A DNA stretch of 63,311 nucleotides, counting the filler, from Octopus bimaculoides (lineage: Eukaryota), in the NCBI RefSeq assembly GCF_001194135.2. It is 7 parts of 6 records of this genome, joined end to end, with 100 filler letters (N's around TTAATTAATTAA, not from the genome) between each part and the next. Parts side by side here need not be neighbours in the genome. Positions count along the whole stretch, not along the records: positions 1 to 22,749 come from NC_069003.1; 6 more parts are not named here. The stretch is one strand, 5' to 3'. The first letter of the stretch is position 1; each line of letters starts with the position of its first letter. The position numbers were made by a program, and so were the translations under genes. The notes beneath the pieces are model-generated. The model searched no databases and had not been told where the DNA came from. It worked only from the letters and a program-made list of their open reading frames with translations. Below are positions 1-14,436 of the stretch, piece by piece.

Positions 1-145
1 ATATATAAGCATCTCATTAACGAACAAGATTTTTAGTATGTCATCAATAGTGTGAACATTTCAAAAACCCTTCATAAGTTTACCAAAGGATAAGATAATA
101 AAAATGCCTGATTATGAAGGTCCAGTTGTGTTTAAAGAAATGTTG

Positions 146-562
146 GGGCGGAACGTGGCTGTGTGATTAAGGGGCGCGCTTTTTCATCCACGTGCTTTCA
201 GGTGCAGTCCGATTGCACAGCCCCTTGGTGTGTTTTCTACTATGGCTCCAAACAGACCACTGCCTTGTGAGTGAATTTGACAGACGAAAATTGTGCGGAA
301 GCCCATCAGATGTATATGTGTGTGTGTGTTTGTGTCTTTGGGTCTGTGCTTGTCCTCTATGAACACCAGCACCACTTGACAACCAGCGCTGGTTTGCTTA
401 CAAACCCATGACATAGTGGTTCAGCAAAATAGCCGGATAGAATATGCAGCAGACTTTAAAGAATATGTACTGAGGTCGATCTGTTCGACCAAAACCCCCC
501 TTTCAGGCTGGTGTCCCAGCGTGGTCGCAGTCCAATGACTGAAACCAGTAAAAGGCAAAAGG
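146..562 (+). mobile_element. SINE family A, old diverged copy
   Basis: Colinear with other family-A copies: tRNA-like head, central GT tract, tail gcagtccaatgactgaaac plus A-rich repeats. Confidence 0.75.
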
Positions 563-633
563 TGTAAGATTATTTTTGTTCATGTGTAATATTTGCCAGA
601 ATAAATATTTAAAGTTGATGAAAGAATCTTATA

Positions 634-843
634 TTAGCAGCGTACACCTGAACGTCCGTACAACGTGATCAGATCCGCTGAACTTTCCTTCATCGATTTC
701 CCTGCCTGCAGTGCTGCGTGCGTGACATTCGGGAACAAACTGCAGTGTTTACTAGACAACTTGACCTTGAGGTTGTCGAAGAAGACGTTGGACATTTGAA
801 AGTAGCTGAAACCGAAAGTGTGAGAAACACGAAATTGATGGAG
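634..843 (-). CDS. Possible terminal exon of unknown identity (LHQFRVSHTFGFSYFQMSNVFFDNLK...GRSGVRC*)
   Basis: Long pyrimidine tract plus ttccag acceptor at 845-844, 70-codon open frame, many C/G-ending codons. No family recognised. Confidence 0.2.
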   Translation of the reverse strand, partial: LHQFRVSHTFGFSYFQMSNVFFDNLKVKLSSKHCSLFPNVTHAALQAGKSMKESSADLITLYGRSGVRC

Positions 844-1184
844 CTGGAAATGAAGCGTCATTGAGAAGGTTGAGCAGGAGAAGGAGGAGGCGATGGAGGA
901 AGCTGGTGACGAAGTATTGACCACACCAAGGACATTTAGAAGCAAACAGCCTGCAGTGAAATCATCAATGATTGCTTAGGCGATGCAAATATTCCGGGAC
1001 GTGGATCTTAATGATGAGAGAATTTCATATATTGAGAGGCAAATTTTAAAAGATATGCCATGCTATAAAGAATTTCGTAATGAAAGGAAGCATTCGGCTC
1101 AATTAAAATGATATGTATTATGCCGTTCGGATCGGATAACGACAAAATTTAATTGTATACATACATGCACACACACGCATATTT

Positions 1185-1239
<55 letters not shown>

Positions 1240-1714
1240 NNNNNNNNNNNNNNNNNNNNNNNNNNNNNNNNNNNNNNNNNNNNNNNNNNNNNNNNNNNNN
1301 NNNNNNNNNNNNNNNNNNNNNNNNNNNNNNNNNNNNNNNNNNNNNNNNNNNNNNNNNNNNNNNNNNNNNNNNNNNNNNNNNNNNNNNNNNNNNNNNNNNN
1401 NNNNNNNNNNNNNNNNNNNNNNNNNNNNNNNNNNNNNNNNNNNNNNNNNNNNNNNNNNNNNNNNNNNNNNNNNNNNNNNNNNNNNNNNNNNNGAGTTAGA
1501 TTTGGCGTGAGGCAATTATAACTGCGAGTATTAGAGTATTATCGGTGATAGAGCGAGAATAATATATATCATTTGCAATTTTCATTTCGTTAATAGTGAG
1601 CAAGGCTGTAATGAACTTATCCAGTTTGGCTACTCTTCGTTGGAGTGAATATATATACATATATACATACGTGTGCGTGTGTGTATATATATATGCATAT
1701 CATATTGTGTCCAT

Positions 1715-1812
<98 letters not shown>

Positions 1813-1882
1813 GCGTATATATGTATACCTCCATATACGTATAGACATATAATGTATCCTTGTGTATTCACACAAGCATCTA

Positions 1883-1922
<40 letters not shown>

Positions 1923-3930
1923 AGACCCCGTGAGTATATGTCTATATTTTGTGTATCTTATGTCCTCAACTTCTGACCTAAACGAGTTTACATCTGCACA
2001 TTTTCTTAATTCTTTTATCGTTCTACTTGTTTCAATCACTGGAACACACCCATGCCGGAGCACCGCACTGAATAGTTTAGTAGAATATTTCTCAACCATT
2101 TTGTTTTTTCATCTAAGAATCCTTTTGATTACTAATTTATTCTGGTGGACCTTCTAAGTCAACTGATTTTTAAAAACTTATAGATACTTCTCTCAAAATC
2201 CCTATTTTGTTTTTCACACATTGACTTTGAACTATTTAAAACGTTAGAGAAAGAAATCCGCTCGTTTCTTGCAATAAATACATTTGAATCAAAATTTTCT
2301 CACGGACCCTTAGAAAACTACCTGTGGTTCCCAAATTTACCATTTTCGTGTGTGGACCCCAGCAAGGTTTTAGATGAAGCCCCAGGAGACATATGGAACC
2401 CGGTCGAGAACCTATGGCTTAGTAAAAGAAATCAACCCCAGGACTGATTCTTTCTCAGCTTGGTACTTAATCTGTTGGGGTTTTTTGCCCAACCGCTCAG
2501 TAACGGGGACGTAAACAAACCAACACCAGTCGTCAAGCGAATTGTTGTTGTTGTTGTTNNNNNNNNNNNNNNNNNNNNNNNNNNNNNNNNNNNNNNNNNN
2601 NNNNNNNNNNNNNNNNNNNNNNNNNNNNNNNNNNNNNNNNNNNNNNNNNNNNNNNNNNNNNNNNNNNNNNNNNNNNNNNNNNNNNNNNNNNNNNNNNNNN
2701 NNNNNNNNNNNNNNNNNNNNNNNNNNNNNNNNNNNNNNNNNNNNNNNNNNNNNNNNNNNNNNNNNNNNNNNNNNNNNNNNNNNNNNNNNNNNNNNNNNNN
2801 NNNNNNNNNNNNNNNNNNNNNNNNNNNNNNNNNNNNNNNNNNNNNNNNNNNNNNNNNNNNNNNNNNNNNNNNNNNNNNNNNNNNNNNNNNNNNNNNNNNN
2901 NNNNNNNNNNNNNNNNNNNNNNNNNNNNNNNNNNNNNNNNNNNNNNNNNNNNNNNNNNNNNNNNNNNNNNNNNNNNNNNNNNNNNNNNNNNNNNNNNNNN
3001 NNNNNNNNNNNNNNNNNNNNNNNNNNNNNNNNNNNNNNNNNNNNNNNNNNNNNNNNNNNNNNNNNNNNNNNNNNNNNNNNNNNNNNNNNNNNNNNNNNNN
3101 NNNNNNNNNNNNNNNNNNNNNNNNNNNNNNNNNNNNNNNNNNNNNNNNNNNNNNNNNNNNNNNNNNNNNNNNNNNNNNNNNNNNNNNNNNNNNNNNNNNN
3201 NNNNNNNNNNNNTATATGCACATACATATATACATATATCTATATGCATACATTCATACATATACATATAAATATATATACAGACACACTAACATATATA
3301 AATATATCTATATATGCGCGCTTATGTCTGTGTCTGTGTGCGTATATATGTGTGTATGTGTGTGTGCCTGTGTGTTTGTGTTTGTGTGTCCTTTTACATT
3401 TATAGATATACACGCATACCCACACACATACCTGGATAGAGAAAGGAGGAGTAAATGCGAGTATGATGAGTGGGGGGGGCGTAAGTATTGGACATATCAC
3501 TCACTCTACTTGTGGCTAAAGAATTCTGTTGCTCTTATGTNNNNNNNNNNGGTGTTGGTGTTGGTGGTGGTGTTGGTGTTGGTGGTGGTGGTGGTGTTGC
3601 TGCTGCAGCTGAGGCTGGCTACGGTTTTCTTATGTGTACAGTCGACATTTTCGTTACTGTTGTTCTCAATAAAACATTTTTCAACGAATTTCAACAACAT
3701 TCCATCACTCAAATAATATCTTCTTTCTTTTTCCTGAGTAATTTTGTTTTTTATTATATATTTATTGATGTTTGCATAATCTTATTTCTTTAACCATTGT
3801 TGCTTCTTTCTTGTTTCTTTTCTATTCATTTTATTTATTTATTTGATTATTATATTATTATTCTTTTCTTTTTGTTCGTATTTTAAATATTGTTTAAAAA
3901 TTCTCAGCATGGCAAATGAAAAGAGATTAC

Positions 3931-3963
<33 letters not shown>

Positions 3964-4175
3964 CGTGTGTGTGTGTGTGCGTGTGTGTGTGTGTGTGTGT
4001 ATAACATATATATATAAGTATATACGTATATATGTATATATATTTATAGATATATACACACAAATGCGTGTATATAGATTTATATATACACATGCATACA
4101 TATACTATATGTATATATACATATGTGTGTGTGTGTGTGTGAGTGTGTGTGTGTGTGTGTGAAAGCAGAAAATAG

Positions 4176-4271
<96 letters not shown>

Positions 4272-5932
4272 CTATAAAANNNNNNNNNNNNNNNNNNNNN
4301 NNNNNNNNNNNNNNNNNNNNNNNNNNNNNNNNNNNNNNNNNNNNNNNNNNNNNNNNNNNNNNNNNNNNNNNNNNNNNNNNNNNNNNNNNNNNNNNNNNNN
4401 NNNNNNNNNNNNNNNNNNNNNNNNNNNNNNNNNNNNNNNNNNNNNNNNNNNNNNNNNNNNNNNNNNNNNNNNNNNNNNNNNNNNNNNNNNNNNNNNNNNN
4501 NNNNNNNNNNNNNNNNNNNNNNNNNNNNNNNNNNNNNNNNNNNNNNNNNNNNNNNNNNNNNNNNNNNNNNNNNNNNNNNNNNNNNNNNNNNNNNNNNNNN
4601 NNNNNNNNNNNNNNNNNNNNNNNNNNNNNNNNNNNNNNNNNNNNNNNNNNNNNNNNNNNNNNNNNNNNNNNNNNNNNNNNNNNNNNNNNNNNNNNNNNNN
4701 NNNNNNNNNNNNNNNNNNNNNNNNNNNNNNNNNNNNNNNNNNNNNNNNNNNNNNNNNNNNNNNNNNNNNNNNNNNNNNNNNNNNNNNNNNNNNNNNNNNN
4801 NNNNNNNNNNNNNNNNNNNNNNNNNNNNNNNNNNNNNNNNNNNNNNNNNNNNNNNNNNNNNNNNNNNNNNNNNNNNNNNNNNNNNNNNNNNNNNNNNNNN
4901 NNNNNNNNNNNNNNNNNNNNNNNNNNNNNNNNNNNNNNNNNNNNNNNNNNNNNNNNNNNNNNNNNNNNNNNNNNNNNNNNNNNNNNNNNNNNNNNNNNNN
5001 NNNNNNNNNNNNNNNNNNNNNNNNNNNNNNNNNNNNNNNNNNNNNNNNNNNNNNNNNNNNAACTTCGATAAACTGCAACTATATATAAAATATATCGAAA
5101 GTCTTGGACATTTCCCAGCTACGACCGATGGCTTCTTCTATCGTCTGGAAGATAATATTTTGCAATATCGTTTATTAATTTCTTTTTTTCTATTGTTATC
5201 ATTACGACTACTACTGTGTTCTTATTCTTTTTTATCATTACTATTATTATTTATAGTTATTATTATTATTATTATTATTGCTGTGAGCTGTTTGCGTCTT
5301 CATGTTGCTCCGCCGATTTTAAGTTTTTAACGAAGCAAAACTGAGGAAAATATATTTATTGTTTTGATAATTTTCCAAGAAACTACCTCCATCCTCAAAT
5401 GTGCTTGATGTCTGCCCAATAACGGCAGAGGCATAATGTCTGTGATTTCAGGACAATTTTATTTTCGTTTGTTTTTGCTTGTTTCTTTTTTCTGTTCCTG
5501 TTTACATTCAAGATGTCTTCTCCGACAAAGAAACACTCATAAAAACTGAGAACATGGACAAACTTACACAGAGAAAATACCAAGAAGTAAAACCAAAGCT
5601 AAATCTAATTCACAGCATTATTTGTGCATGACCTTTCTAAATAATGTTGAAGTTTTAACATCTGAAGCAGTTAATGTGAACACTGCACACCATGTGGTTA
5701 AATAGCAAAATACAAACACTTCAATACGAAAACAATAAACATGTAAGATTTTTATGTCTTTCGTTTTCTTTTTTAGCAACGCAAGCATGACTTGTAATTC
5801 GTTCGCTACTGCTGCTGCTGAGAGAGAGGACATGAGAATGTGGAGAATAGGTGTACGTGGCAGATATATGTTACCCAAGAAAATGCACCCCTGCCTGAGT
5901 AATATATAAGAAGGAGTAATGTCACATGGATG

Positions 5933-5966
<34 letters not shown>

Positions 5967-7006
5967 TAAATACATAGACAGACACACAAACAGATAGATA
6001 AACAGACACACAGACAGACAAATAGATACATAGACATACAGACAAAAGGATATAGATACATAGACAGACACACACACAGACACACATTCAGACACACAGA
6101 AAGACACAAACAGACAAACAGACAGACACACAGACAGACACACAGACAGACACACAGACAGACACACAGATAGATAGATAGATANNNNNNNNNNNNNNNN
6201 NNNNNNNNNNNNNNNNNNNNNNNNNNNNNNNNNNNNNNNNNNNNNNNNNNNNNNNNNNNNNNNNNNNNNNNNNNNNNNNNNNNNNNNNNNNNNNNNNNNN
6301 NNNNNNNNNNNNNNNNNNNNNNNNNNNNNNNNNNNNNNNNNNNNNNNNNNNNNNNNNNNNNNNNNNNNNNNNNNNNNNNNNNNNNNNNNNNNNNNNNNNN
6401 NNNNNNNNNNNNNNNNNNNNNNNNNNNNNNNNNNNNNNNNNNNNNNNNNNNNNNNNNNNNNNNNNNNNNNNNNNNNNNNNNNNNNNNNNNNNNNNNNNNN
6501 NNNNNNNNNNNNNNNNNNNNNNNNNNNNNNNNNNNNNNNNNNNNNNNNNNNNNNNNNNNNNNNNNNNNNNNNNNNNNNNNNNNNNNNNNNNNNNNNNNNN
6601 NNNNNNNNNNNNNNNNNNNNNNNNNNNNNNNNNNNNNNNNNNNNNNNNNNNNNNNNNNNNNNNNNNNNNNNNNNNNNNNNNNNNNNNNNNNNNNNNNNNN
6701 NNNNNNNNNNNNNNNNNNNNNNNNNNNNNNNNNNNNNNNNNNNNNNNNNNNNNNNNNNNNNNNNNNNNNNNNNNNNNNNNNNNNNNNNNNNNNNNNNNNN
6801 NNNNNNNNNNNNNNNNNNNNNNNNNNNNNNNNNNNNNNNNNNNNNNNNNNNNNNNNNNNNNNNNNNNNNNNNNNNNNNNNNNNNNNNNNNNNNNNNNNNN
6901 NNNNNNNNNNNNNNNNNNNNNNNNNNNNNNNNNNNNNNNNNNNNNNNNNNNNNNNNNNNNNNNNNNNNNNNNNNNNNNNNNNNNNNNNNNNNNNNNNNNN
7001 NNNNNN

Positions 7007-7039
<33 letters not shown>

Positions 7040-7496
7040 TACAAGGTGTGTAGAACCCATCTTCTTCCGTTATAAGCCTCCACTAATTAACATATAAACA
7101 TCAGAATCTACATGCTGCGTGTTAAGTCTTCGCTTCTCACTATATTAACATGTTTGTATATGATTGCGCATGCGTGTGTATATTCTTGTTTGCATAACTC
7201 GTACATATATATCAGTGTGTGTGTGTGTGTTTGTGTGTGTGTTTATTTTCGACACTACCACTCACAAGAACATAACAGAATAAGTCTCGACTATTCCAAG
7301 CAAAATCCAACTCGATGGAAATTCCACAAGGAGGTATCGTTTATCTCTTACCTTTCGCTTGTTTCGGTCTTTAGAGTGCGGCCATGCTGGGGCACCACCT
7401 TAAAATATCTTTTATTCGAATGAATTGACACCAGTATTTATTTATTTATTTATTCATTTATTTATTTTAAAGCCTGGTACTTATTCCATCGATATT

Positions 7497-7745
7497 TGCC
7501 CCTGGGAATCGAACTCACGACTAGGCGATTGTGAGCTGAATACGCTAACCAATAAGCCACGCACCTCCACAGTTGATACATATAACTGACGCTCCGTCGG
7601 TTACGACGATGAGTGTCCCTGTTTATCCAATTAACGAAACGACCCGCTAGTGAAATTAACATGCACGTGGCTGAGTACTCCACAGAAACGAGCACCGTTG
7701 ACATAGTTCTCTAGGAGATTCAGCATGACACAGAATGTGACAAGG
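7497..7745 (-). mobile_element. SINE family B fragments (head 7497-7570, body 7590-7745)
   Basis: A-box tggcttattgg and B-box gagttcgattccc on the minus strand; body matches 21850-22010. Confidence 0.72.
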
Positions 7746-8449
7746 TACAAGGCCCGAAATTTTGGGGAGCGGAGGTTGGCCAGTTGATATAGATTGACTC
7801 CTGTACTCAAATGGTACTTAATTTCCCGACTCCGAAAGGACCTCGGCGGAATTTGAACGTCGTGCTAAAGATTCTGTCAGCTCGGCGCCTACCAGTTATT
7901 GTTATAATTTCACTCCATTTTTCTCAATTTTTCTCAATTTACTCCATCTCACAATTTCGCTCTCTTTTCTCATATCATACTATAATTCACATTACAGACT
8001 CATTTCAATCTTACATCGTCATCTTGTATAGAAAGCAATCGTAACCCTATTTAAATTGTTACATTATCCACGTCATAAATAACTTAGTTCACTTTTATAA
8101 CTACATTACCATCCTGTTTAGAAAGTTGTCATGTATATTGCCGTATCATTGTTACATTGTTAAATAGTTATCTCATTTTACGCTACCATTTTACACAACT
8201 TCAAGTCATTATTTTACTCATTCAGCTTCTTTATTATTATATAATTGCTATAAGATTTAGTTGTTATATTGATAATATTAATGGTAATGATAACACCAAA
8301 ATTGTTTTCTTGGTTACGCATTGTTTTAGCTGATGGTACGACATCGACCTACCCAACTCTCGACAACAAAAATTATCTTGAACTCAATATAGAAATATTA
8401 GCACGAAATGTAACATTGATTTCAATATATTTTGTTTTTTGGTTTTTTT

Positions 8450-8757
8450 TTCTTCAGTCATTAGACTACGACCATGCAGAGGCACCGCCTTGCAGAATGC
8501 TTAGCCAAATGAATTGACTTTAGAACTATGGTTTTTAAGCCAGTTATCAAGCAGTGATGGGGGACAAACACAGACACGGGCACACACATGCACACAAACA
8601 CGCTCACACACAAACGACGGGCTTCTTTCAGTTTCCGTCTCAAGGCTTTGGTCGGTCAGTAGCTGTACTAGCAGATACTTACCAAAGGTGTCAAGCAGTG
8701 GAACCGAATCCAGTACCATGAAATTTCGAAGCAAGCTTCTTACCACATGGCCATGTC
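8450..8757 (-). mobile_element. SINE family A, deleted copy
   Basis: Shares gggcttctttcagtttccgtct, gggggacaaacacagac and the tail motif with other copies. Confidence 0.8.
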
Positions 8758-8942
8758 TTCTCGTACATGTAGCTAATTATGAAATTAACTACGTAAGCAA
8801 TTTCAATGTAATTAATTAAGTTAAATTAAGTTAAATTATGCCAGACTAATAGAGAAAATGAGTCTTTGGACAACATTTGTAATGTTTACATCGCAACACC
8901 CTTCATTGCTTCAACTTATTAATGACCAACCGAAATAAATAA

Positions 8943-9031
<89 letters not shown>

Positions 9032-9446
9032 TGCATATAACATACTTGGAAGAGGTTGCGTGGTGTTCAATCATATAATAATATAAATAATATATATATA
9101 TATATATGCATATATTCATACGTATATGTACGTACTTACATCTATACGTATATATATATATATGCATATAGGGGCACAGGACGTATATATATATTATATA
9201 TTATATAAAACCAATTTAATGATTTTACCAAGTGGCCAGCGCGAAATAAAAAAAAACCATGCAGGTTACAATTTATACTAATTTATAATTACCCTTTAAT
9301 ATAATAATATTATATAATTATAAATTAGCATATATATATATATATATATTATCCCTTTCCTTCCTAAATTTTCATCTCCCTCACTCTCTCACTTCACCTT
9401 TCTGCCTTTTCTCATTCTCCCCCTCTCCCATTCTCTCTCTCATCGT

Positions 9447-9493
<47 letters not shown>

Positions 9494-9834
9494 NNNNNNN
9501 NNNNNNNNNNNNNNNNNNNNNNNNNNNNNNNNNNNNNNNNNNNNNNNNNNNNNNNNNNNNNNNNNNNNNNNNNNNNNNNNNNNNNNNNNNNNNNNNNNNN
9601 NNNNNNNNNNNNNNNNNNNNNNNNNNNNNNNNNNNNNNNNNNNNNNNNNNNNNNNNNNNNNNNNNNNNNNNNNNNNNNNNNNNNNNNNNNNNNNNNNNNN
9701 NNNNNNNNNNNNNNNNNNNNNNNNNNNNNNNNNNNNNNNNNNNNNNNNNNNNNNNNNNNNNNNNNNNNNNNNNNNNNNNNNNNNNNNNNNNNNNNNNNNN
9801 NNNNNNNNNNNNNNNNNNNNNNNNNNNNNNNNNN

Positions 9835-9880
<46 letters not shown>

Positions 9881-9934
9881 CTACCTATTTACCTAGTTTG
9901 CTCTCTATGTATCTACCTGTCGTCTCAAATGCTG

Positions 9935-10175
9935 GCTTCAAATTTCGACGCAATGCCTGCAATTTCAGTAATAGATATAAATAATTTATTTACACCTATT
10001 ACGCCTGAGATTGTAACTATAAATACATTTAACAACCAGTACTTACTTCATTCACTCCGAAAGGATGAAGGGCAAAGTTGACCTTGGCGATATTTGAACT
10101 CCGAACATAAGGACAATTAAAATTCCACTAAGCAGTTTACCCAGCGTGTTAACAATTCTGCAAACTGGCCGCCTA
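9935..10175 (-). mobile_element. SINE family C, diverged
   Basis: ccgaaaggatgaagggcaaagttgaccttggcgatatttgaactc matches the family. Further fragments at 7747-7892 (-), 14605-14790 (-), 35153-35280 (+), 55431-55550 (+). Confidence 0.78.
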
Positions 10176-10490
10176 TCTATCTATCTATCTGTCTGGTGGT
10201 GGTGGTGGTGGTGGTTTTAGAAATTGTGGTGGAGATGATGGTGTTTTGCTGGAGTTGGGAGATGTTGATGATGTTATTGATGATGACAGTGATGATGATG
10301 GTGCTAGTGTGGTGGTGCTGGCGGCGTTGGTGGTGCCCATGACATTGAGTTACTGGCAAAGATGGTTATGTTGGTGTTGCTGCTGCTGCAAATTGTCTGC
10401 AGATCTATCGAAGCAATATAATAAACTTATCTTTACAATGGTGGATCACGTGACATTTGAAGGTGGCGGCGGCGGCGACAGCGTTGGTAG

Positions 10491-10524
<34 letters not shown>

Positions 10525-11490
10525 GNNNNNNNNNNNNNNNNNNNNNNNNNNNNNNNNNNNNNNNNNNNNNNNNNNNNNNNNNNNNNNNNNNNNNNNNNNN
10601 NNNNNNNNNNNNNNNNNNNNNNNNNNNNNNNNNNNNNNNNNNNNNNNNNNNNNNNNNNNNNNNNNNNNNNNNNNNNNNNNNNNNNNNNNNNNNNNNNNNN
10701 NNNNNNNNNNNNNNNNNNNNNNNNNNNNNNNNNNNNNNNNNNNNNNNNNNNNNNNNNNNNNNNNNNNNNNNNNNNNNNNNNNNNNNNNNNNNNNNNNNNN
10801 NNNNNNNNNNNNNNNNNNNNNNNNNNNNNNNNNNNNNNNNNNNNNNNNNNNNNNNNNNNNNNNNNNNNNNNNNNNNNNAAGAAGAAGAAGAAGAAGAAGA
10901 AGAAGAAGAAGAAGAAGAAGAAGAAGAAGAAGAAGAAGAAGAAGAAGAAGAAGAAGGAGGAGGAGGAGGAGGAAGGGGAAGAGGATGATGAAGAGGTGGA
11001 ACAGGAGGTAGAAGAGGAGAAGCAGGAGGGAAAAGAAAGAAAGAAAGAAAGAAAGAAAGAGAGAAGGCTATTATTGTCAGCCTGTGAAACAACAAAGGGC
11101 AACATTTTTTCTTTTTATTTTCTGTTTTGTTAATTTTGCGATTGTTTAAAATATCTGTAAAAAAAATGAAGACATCAAAGCTCAGAATTTCAGGTGGGAA
11201 AGTATTTGAAACAACTGCAGCAGCAGACAAGACTGTAGGCGGGCAAAACATGTATGTATATGTGTGTATGTGTTGGTTGTTGGTGTTACGGGGAGGAGCA
11301 TTCGTATATGTATGCGTATATGCTTCTACATGAAACAATAACTTCGTATAGAAGCCATTTGGGTTACTATTTGCGAACACACAAAATATGCGGTGGGGTT
11401 GTTATTTTTTCGATGTTTACCGAACTGTATTGTTTTAGTTTTGTTCGTTTGCTTTTTTGTTGGGGGGTGGATATGTAGATACATAAGTGT

Positions 11491-11530
<40 letters not shown>

Positions 11531-11843
11531 TGTGTGTATGTGCATTTTGTGTTTTGAGAGGCACGTTACGCCAGTAATAATAAACACACGCACTGGCTCA
11601 ATATCACTTCTTTCTTGTTCATCAATTGGTTAAATATCCGACCAGCTAACTAATTGGTCGTTTGTTTAATGCGCTGCTTAAACAATCAATCCGTCGTTTG
11701 TTAGACAAAGTAGTTTCGTCGCTGCCGCGACCTCTTCAGTGATTTCACTCTTTTTCCAAGATCTAACCTTTGTCTGTCCGAGATTTATTTCAACACACGT
11801 ATTAACATACAAAATCTTGCAAACCAAATTCAAAAGCAAAGTG

Positions 11844-11885
<42 letters not shown>

Positions 11886-11893
11886 GGGGGAGA

Positions 11894-11947
<54 letters not shown>

Positions 11948-12825
11948 AAGTAAGATAATTATTAGCATTATTACGTCACCAAATGCGTCGTTTTTGAATT
12001 TATTTGCCGCACATTCTTTACAAAAATATTTCTTTGTATCAGAAAGAAAACGATAGAAGATTTTTGCTGTTCAAGACAGGATTCCAGTTGACGATGTTGT
12101 CGCAGTTGTTGTTGCTGTTGCTGCTGCTGCTGCTGCTGCTGTTGTTGTTGTTGTTGTTGTTGTTGTCGTCGTGGTTGTTGTTGTTGTTGTTACTGCTCGG
12201 ATCTAACAGAAAAGGAATTGGATTGAGATTGAGAGGTGCCAATCGCCAGATATTTCCAATATTGCTTTCCATAATGAATATGCNNNNNNNNNNNNNNNNN
12301 NNNNNNNNNNNNNNNNNNNNNNNNNNNNNNNNNNNNNNNNNNNNNNNNNNNNNNNNNNNNNNNNNNNNNNNNNNNNNNNNNNNNNNNNNNNNNNNNNNNN
12401 NNNNNNNNNNNNNNNNNNNNNNNNNNNNNNNNNNNNNNNNNNNNNNNNNNNNNNNNNNNNNNNNNNNNNNNNNNNNNNNNNNNNNNNNNNNNNNNNNNNN
12501 NNNNNNNNNNNNNNNNNNNNNNNNNNNNNNNNNNNNNNNNNNNNNNNNNNNNNNNNNNNNNNNNNNNNNNNNNNNNNNNNNNNNNNNNNNNNNNNNNNNN
12601 NNNNNNNNNNNNNNNNNNNNNNNNATATATATATATGCTTGTACGTATATCTACATATATATATTTCTATATACTGGTATATATATATATGTGCATGTAT
12701 GTGTATGTATGTATGTATGTATGTATGTATGTATGTGTGTGTGTATACACATGTAAAATCCGATAACAGGCAAGGGGAAATTTCATAAACGAAGTAAGCA
12801 TACGCATCTAGGTGGTGTGTACCTG

Positions 12826-12900
12826 TGTGCAGGTGTGTGTGCAGGTGTGTGTGCAGGTGTGTGTGCAGGTGTGTGTGCAGGTGTGTGTGCAGGTGTGTGT
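12826..12900. repeat. 12-bp tandem repeat (caggtgtgtgtg)n, about 6 units
   Basis: Directly visible. Confidence 0.9.
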
Positions 12901-13379
12901 ATTTATGTGTGCGTGTGCGTGTGTGCAAAGAAGAACAAAAAGTATAAGGAAAATATTTATATATAAAAAAAAGAAATATTATGAAAAAAAATATTGAAGA
13001 TGTCTTCACTAATGGAATATTTTAGAAGAAAGGAAAAAAGCGAGAAAAAAAAAAGAGAAAGAGAAAATTATAAGCAGAAAGAGAGATGATAAATGAGAGG
13101 CCAAGAGAAAAACTAAAAAGAAGAGAGAGGCTGAGGAAATAAGGATGAGAAAGAAAGGGGACGACACAGAGAACTAAACAAAGAAGCGGAAGGAGAGGGA
13201 GAAGAAGAGGGTGATGGGGAGAGATATGGCATTGAACAAACCAGTAGTTTTTCTTTCTTTTTTTTGTATCAGCCATTGAAATTTAACTCATTACGCAAAT
13301 ACAATTTGATATTCAATAGTGGAAATGTGTATACGACAATATCACTACAGGAAGAAGAATTAGTAGTTATGTGTATATA

Positions 13380-13418
<39 letters not shown>

Positions 13419-13497
13419 ATGGTTGTGTGTCTGTGTATGCATTTTGGTATATGTATGTATGTGCATATGGGTACATTTGTACTATATTGGTGTATTA

Positions 13498-13534
<37 letters not shown>

Positions 13535-13614
13535 NNNNNNNNNNNNNNNNNNNNNNNNNNNNNNNNNNNNNNNNNNNNNNNNNNNNNNNNNNNNNNNNNN
13601 NNNNNNNNNNNNNN

Positions 13615-13654
<40 letters not shown>

Positions 13655-13678
13655 TGTGTGTGTGTATACGTTTATATA

Positions 13679-13721
<43 letters not shown>

Positions 13722-14148
13722 ATATCTATAGACATATACATATGTATTAATGCATAAATAGATAGATATATACGCTATAACACGCGAACCAGCATACATG
13801 CATATATATATACATATGTGTATGAGTGTGTGTGTTATATATAGAGAGGCAGATAGGCAGACTGAGATAGTCACGAGGTTGTATTTGCAAATATATGTTT
13901 CTTACAAAATAGTATTATCGACAGAGTAATGAGAACTCAGTGTCTTACATAGAGCAAGTGCCTTCTGTGTATTAGTTCAAGTCATTTTATATGTTGCTAT
14001 AGGGTGTAACAAGCACCGATGCAATCGTCTGGCGGGCATGGCTTCGAGGGTAAGAACTCCGTTAACGTATCGTTGCAGTATTCCTGTTGGCTTCATATGT
14101 TCTGTTAGTTTATTCTATTCTGGTTCACGGCTAAATAGATTTTGCCCT

Positions 14149-14436
14149 TCAATTCGGTATGAGTCTTCTATTTTGATTGTAGGGATGATATTTCTTCTCA
14201 TGGTTGCACTTAGTGATTAACTCAGCCCTTCTGTCAAGAATGTCAGTTGTTGTTATTAGAATTCGATATTTCTCCTCCTTGCAGGACCTGTACAAACATT
14301 TTTCCTCTCTTTGTTGTAGCTTAAGAGGGTTCATTGTATTTAAAACAAGTTTGTATATTTTTTTCTTAATCGCTATGCATAGTTTAGAAAGCTGTAGCGA
14401 GCCACTTGCATATTTAATGTTAGAGTTATGATTCAC
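14149..14436 (-). mobile_element. Penelope-like element, C-terminal half of the GIY-YIG domain
   Basis: ORF KYASGSLQLSKL...CKEEKYRILITTTDILDRRAELITKCNHEKKY resembles the PLE ending T.LSK...C.LC..EK..I....LN.R.EL..KCRH..K. Confidence 0.75.

Noticed and set aside
7497-7570. tRNA genes at SINE heads (also 22070-22141, 26260-26336, 34342-34420)
   Set aside because: A/B-box-like words are present but each continues into a SINE body and lacks a clean cloverleaf.
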